DNA from: Kiritimatiellia bacterium | GTDB lineage: Bacteria; Verrucomicrobiota; Kiritimatiellia; RFP12; UBA1067 | Reading direction: 5' to 3' | DNA length: 35,231 nt | Assembly (NCBI GenBank): GCA_024405335.1 | Contig: JAKSOX010000002.1 | Location: forward strand, 1 to 35,231 | The notes under the pieces: generated by a model | Seen by the model: the letters and a program-made list of their open reading frames with translations, nothing else | Databases searched by the model: none | What the model was told of the DNA's origin: nothing | Part shown: positions 32,701-35,231 of the stretch, in pieces | Position numbering within the stretch: the first letter of the stretch is position 1 | Layout of the letters: each line of letters opens with the position of its first letter | Made by a program: the position numbers and the translations under genes

Positions 32701-34513
32701 CGTGGGCCATCTGGACGTCGTCGACGCGCCCGACGAAATGTTCAAGCCCCGCATCGAGGGCGACCGCGTGTTCGCGCGCGGCGCGTGCGACACGAAGGGC
32801 AACGTGCTGGTGATGTGCCAGGTGCTTGCGAACCTCGTCGGCAAGGCGTCCGTGGGCATGTTCGTCGCGACGGACGAGGAGGGCGGAGGCGCCGGCGCCG
32901 CGACGCCGCAGATGATGATCGACCGCGGCTACCTGCCGCGCAAGCTCATTCTTGTGGGCGACACCGCGGGCGAAGAGCCGAACCAGCTCTTCATCGCGGA
33001 GAAGGGACATTGCCTCGTCGAACTCGTCGCGCACGGCAAAGGCGGGCACTCGTCGCGCCCATGGGCGCTCGACAATCCCATTCCGAAGTTGTGCGAAGGA
33101 TATCTCAAGTTCAAGGAGGCGTGGGACCGGGGCGCAGACCCGAACGAGCACTGGCGCACCGTCCTTTCGCCCACGATCGTCCACGCGAGCGACGTCGGCA
33201 ACGTGGTTTCCGACTCGGCGAGCATGCTTTTTTCCTGCCGCTACACGTCGGATGCGGAACTGGAGCGCGCGGTGAAGACGATGAAAGAGACGACGGGTCT
33301 CGAAGTTCGCGTCGCGGCGAGCCGCCGTCCGCCGGTCGTGAACCGGCCGGGCGATCCGGAAATGGTGGCGCTTTGGTGGGAGATGAACGACCGGCTCCCC
33401 GGCGGCGTTCGGCAGGGCCGGATGTCCGCCGCGACGGACGCATCGTACTTCGCGGGCCATGGCGTTCCGATCGTGATTTTCACGGCCGAGGGCGGCGAAC
33501 CGCACAGCGCGCGCGAGTGGGGTTCGCTCAAGTCGCTCGACGAACACGTGGCGCTCTTCACGCGCTATTTCGCCGAGAACGAGGCTTCGGGCGTGAACGA
33601 AATCGCGTACCATCCGCTCGCCGGCACGCCCAAGCCGTTCTACTACGCCGCGCGCCATCCCATCGAGAAGGGGTCGGCCTGCGAGGTCGCGGTGGTGCAG
33701 GTGCACGGCTGGGGCGACGGCGTGTGGACGCCGTTGGAGATGATTTCGCTCATGAAGGCGCTGCGGCGCGCCACGCCAGAAGGCGAGGAGCCGCCCTACG
33801 TGGTCGATCCGTTCTTCCCGCGCCGTCAGGTGCTCGCCGAGCGCAACCTGCCCGACGACGGCCGCGCCATCTGGAACGACTCGTGGACGGAGTCCTGCGT
33901 CACAATGGGGTCCGCCGGCGACGACTGGCGCGGCGGCGGCGACGCGGTCGGCACGACGTTCAGTTCGTTCGACGCGATGGACATGATCCTCGAGAAGCTC
34001 GGCGACCGCAAACTCTTTCCGAACCTGCGGCGCGTGGTCGTCACCGGGTTTTCCGCTGGCGGCCAGTTCGTGGGACGCTACGTCGCGGTTGGCAAGGGCA
34101 AGGTGCGCGACGGGGTGACGGTGGAGTATGCGGCGATGGCGCCGTCCACCGAGTTCCGTCCCGAACCCGACGTGCCGTGGCTGTACGGACTCAAGGGGCG
34201 TCCGCGCTATTCGGCTAATCTCGCGGAGGCGCAGATCCGCGCGAATCTTTTGTCGCGCCACGTGCGCCGCGCCTGCGGCACGCTTGACAACCAGGTCGGC
34301 GCGCAGTACGCGGTGGACGGCACGCCGCCGGCGCTCGCGCAGGGCCGCAGCCGCTACGAGCGGTTCGTCAATTTCCGGAAGTACCTCGACGAAGGCCATC
34401 CAAATTGGCGCAAACAGGTGACGTTCCACCCGATGGAGGGGGTGGGGCACGATTCGTCAGTCGCCCACCGCCTTCCCGGGTTCATCGACTACGTGTTCGG
34501 AAAAAGCGAGTGA
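29729..34513 (+). CDS. 1594-aa secreted five-module enzyme: CBM9-like + SGNH/GDSL esterase + GH20-like (beta-hexosaminidase-type) barrel + M20 (ArgE/DapE/CPG2) amidohydrolase + alpha/beta-hydrolase esterase
   Basis: Signal peptide MKTKASILALALASGAC. CBM9_2-like: ELEIFFAPFPNDNRYYQFFGD...WRVAVARTR. SGNH blocks: FMLGDSITEW (Asp-Ser 30467-30472), GVSGD, LIGTNN, DGLHPN. GH20-like: IRGVKAMLPGRD...GLNTLMLELGG...GIEIIPEVPCLSHSDY...NVGHDEW (His-Asp-Glu 31526-31534). M20: GHLDVV (32708-32716), GACDTKG (Asp 32789-32791), ATDEEGGG (32873-32881), KGGHSS. Alpha/beta-hydrolase: VVVTGFSAGGQ (34046-34063) and GVGHDS. Confidence 0.85.
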   Translation: MKTKASILALALASGACCFGYEAPAWRIASDASGVTISVDVDEPLADLPGEPENELEIFFAPFPNDNRYYQFFGDLRERTVGPYYWSKGGDYARFADWKVAYDVQKGKGYCVKASLPWGDLRNCAPVTGGVWRVAVARTRQGEAFKITSGAPHEPKTWAAVAMPALDAASAAEAQRQIAAAKEHPKEVKLRVWAKPGERLPITSPCPKLDPDGEERWGVRQRAELRHARIARMAKEGRPPRVFMLGDSITEWFAPKPWARLARFAPANVGVSGDVIENVLWRIDLGMFDVVKPEALVLLIGTNNGGNTPAERAQGVAAIVDKIREKSPKTKILLYGIFPRGKTWPAEKNPLKDTNALLAKLAAEKGVAYADVTASFLAADGVTVRQELFRDGLHPNEAGDDVWVDSLERELGKLLGEPRADALPSVPFIRGVKAMLPGRDAFGDFRALVDLMAHFGLNTLMLELGGAMEYKSHPEVNAGWIEYAKIMNEYPGKTLKIQHAQKWHKNSIHSENGGGGVLTQKEIAELAAYARERGIEIIPEVPCLSHSDYLLWRHRELAERQNDPHPDCYCPSDPRSYALLFDLLDEVVALFKPRIVNVGHDEWYSIGVCDRCRGKNAAELYAGDVRKIRDHLAAKGVRTMMWAEKLLDFKFCDSKKPWAGAATEDFPATHPAIDMLPKDVVMLHWYWSLGRTLENAFADRGFTWVFGNYSARGMLDYPGRSRKRGFSGYMLSNWGRSDIPTLQRNGVLADIVMDKLVEESKDPDAEIDALWERMFKELFALRHPADRTYYRLRHHATRKREFRCFFDGFYVKKEDWLLGRYVLTLADGGKVTHDVLYGENVSHADVDWNPPREWDTDARRGRGELAAVAYSTLPVRQGGRTTYEIAIEIPKGAQVVSCVFEPAEGQPKDAVAFEPVTPPAPPSATVDRKALVDFLSLPSRSHDLPQLKRGVDFLKDWLAARGVWCTVETNECGYVGLYAATTPGKVHDYMFVGHLDVVDAPDEMFKPRIEGDRVFARGACDTKGNVLVMCQVLANLVGKASVGMFVATDEEGGGAGAATPQMMIDRGYLPRKLILVGDTAGEEPNQLFIAEKGHCLVELVAHGKGGHSSRPWALDNPIPKLCEGYLKFKEAWDRGADPNEHWRTVLSPTIVHASDVGNVVSDSASMLFSCRYTSDAELERAVKTMKETTGLEVRVAASRRPPVVNRPGDPEMVALWWEMNDRLPGGVRQGRMSAATDASYFAGHGVPIVIFTAEGGEPHSAREWGSLKSLDEHVALFTRYFAENEASGVNEIAYHPLAGTPKPFYYAARHPIEKGSACEVAVVQVHGWGDGVWTPLEMISLMKALRRATPEGEEPPYVVDPFFPRRQVLAERNLPDDGRAIWNDSWTESCVTMGSAGDDWRGGGDAVGTTFSSFDAMDMILEKLGDRKLFPNLRRVVVTGFSAGGQFVGRYVAVGKGKVRDGVTVEYAAMAPSTEFRPEPDVPWLYGLKGRPRYSANLAEAQIRANLLSRHVRRACGTLDNQVGAQYAVDGTPPALAQGRSRYERFVNFRKYLDEGHPNWRKQVTFHPMEGVGHDSSVAHRLPGFIDYVFGKSE

Positions 34514-34529
34514 TGCATTGCGAAAAGTG

Positions 34530-34538
34530 TGCTATAAT
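34530..34538 (+). promoter_or_regulatory. extended -10 promoter box TGcTATAAT
   Basis: TG-C-TATAAT lies 17 nt after the 1594-aa gene stop and 25 nt before the ATG at 34564 (AAAGGGA SD-like). Confidence 0.45.
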
Positions 34539-34563
34539 GCGCGAACAAGAAAGGGATGATGTC

Positions 34564-34962
34564 ATGAAGAAGTTGATTTGCACGGCGCTTGTCGCCGGTT
34601 CGATGTTTGCAGTGGCCGACGAGGTCGCAAAACCCGCAACGGCCGCATCTGCGGCCCCTGCCGCGGCGGAGACCGCCAAAGTCTCTCCCAAGCGTTCCCA
34701 GATGTCTCCCGAGGCGCGCGAACGGATGCTCCAGCAGCGCGAGAAGTTCATGGCCGCTCGACGGGCGAAAATGGAAAGCCAGATGCTCGAGGTCGTCAAA
34801 AAGTACGTCGCCGACGAAACGAAGGCAAACGAGCTCGTCAAGGAACTTGCGGAGACGATGATGGCGCCGCGCCGCATGATGCCGCGCCGTGAGCGGCATG
34901 CGGTTCCGACGCCGGTCGCCAAGCCGACGCCGCCGGCAGAGAAGCCGGCTGAGTCCAAGTGA
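34564..34962 (+). CDS. small secreted helical protein (132 aa), possibly a distant Spy/CpxP-like protein
   Basis: Signal peptide MKKLICTALVAGSMFAVA. Ala/Pro-rich spacer, then a Lys/Glu/Met-rich helical core (MSPEARERMLQQREKFMAARRAKMESQMLEVVKKY) and a Pro-rich tail. One degenerate LTXXQ-like motif only. Confidence 0.6.
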   Translation: MKKLICTALVAGSMFAVADEVAKPATAASAAPAAAETAKVSPKRSQMSPEARERMLQQREKFMAARRAKMESQMLEVVKKYVADETKANELVKELAETMMAPRRMMPRRERHAVPTPVAKPTPPAEKPAESK

Positions 34963-35095
34963 TTCCCAGAACAGCATCCCCGCGATGCGCGTCCGCAGGC
35001 GCATTTCGCCGCCCGCGTGCGCGGACTTCAGTTGCGTCGCATGCCTACGTTTGGGACGGCCGGGGACGCGAAAAGTGCGAATCCGGCGTGGTTTG

Positions 35096-35153
35096 TTGAA
35101 ATGTTGAAATGCTGAAAATAGCCCTTGCTTTCGCGAGGCGCATTTGGTATACT
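35096..35153 (+). promoter_or_regulatory. tRNA-His promoter: tandem AT-rich UP-like repeats, -35 TTGCTT, 17-nt spacer, extended -10 TGgTATACT
   Basis: TTGAAATG-TTGAAATG-CTGAAAAT at 35096-35119, TTGCTT at 35125-35130, TGg at 35145-35147 and TATACT at 35148-35153. The tRNA begins about 18 nt after the predicted start. Confidence 0.55.
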
Positions 35154-35177
35154 TCGCGCGTTTTTTCGGATCCAAGT

Positions 35178-35231
35178 GGCGAGAGTAGCTCAATTGGTAG
35201 AGCATCAGATTGTGGATCTGAGGGTTGCGGG
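35178..35231 (+). tRNA. tRNA-His (anticodon GTG), 3' part cut off by the window end
   Basis: An encoded G(-1) at 35178 precedes acceptor GCGAGAG. D arm GCTC-AATTGGTA-GAGC. Anticodon arm TCAGA-TTGTGGA-TCTGA gives anticodon GTG. The T arm starts at GCGGG where the sequence ends. Confidence 0.85.

Noticed and set aside
29744-34450. 1568-aa minus-strand ORF and the 1017-aa off-frame + ORF (31165-34218) over the five-module enzyme gene
   Set aside because: The same artefact. The annotated frame carries SGNH, GH20-like, M20 and alpha/beta-hydrolase catalytic motifs, whereas the alternatives are Arg/Gly/Ala low complexity.
1-35231. CRISPR arrays, IS elements, rRNA, prophage modules, toxin-antitoxin pairs
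   Set aside because: A scan by eye found no spaced direct-repeat arrays, terminal inverted repeats with transposase, integrases or typical small overlapping TA gene pairs. The only repeats seen are the short promoter-proximal ones reported.

Overview
GC-rich bacterial chromosomal segment (about two-thirds G+C by eye, not computed). I call 27 protein genes, 25 of them on the + strand, plus tRNA-Ala(CGC) and a 3'-truncated tRNA-His(GTG) at the right edge. No integrase, transposase, CRISPR array or rRNA is visible. Content is housekeeping (hisD, Nfu-like, iorB, paaK-like, luxS, pncC/cinA, uxuA, HU, lgt) mixed with envelope and glycan functions: a Sel1-repeat protein, an RND pump pair, GT25, GT4 and a GH78-like lipoprotein. 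Two very large multi-catalytic glycan-processing fusion proteins stand out. One is 1939 aa (GH2 + GH28-like beta-helix + an unassigned glycosidase-like module). The other is 1594 aa (CBM9-like + SGNH esterase + GH20-like barrel + M20 amidohydrolase + alpha/beta-hydrolase). This style suggests a PVC-type polysaccharide degrader (Kiritimatiellota/Lentisphaerota/Verrucomicrobiota-like), but that is only a guess. The best candidate for an undescribed system is a tightly coupled five-gene operon at 12853-17695, just downstream of tRNA-Ala. It encodes a minimal MotA/TolQ/ExbB-like channel protein, a MotB/TolR-like single-pass protein with an all-helical periplasmic part, a 597-aa secreted Ala-rich helical protein, a NirJ/AhbC-like radical SAM/SPASM enzyme and a small two-TM protein. 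No flagellar, Ton, Tol-Pal, gliding or Zorya partner is present. Promoters are unusually easy to read in this GC-rich background as extended -10 boxes (TGnTAtAaT). Four of them sit exactly 6-7 nt upstream of an ATG with no Shine-Dalgarno, implying leaderless mRNAs. The very long minus-strand and off-frame ORFs in the track are stop-codon-poor artefacts of GC-rich coding DNA. All family assignments come from motif recognition by eye, not from database searches.
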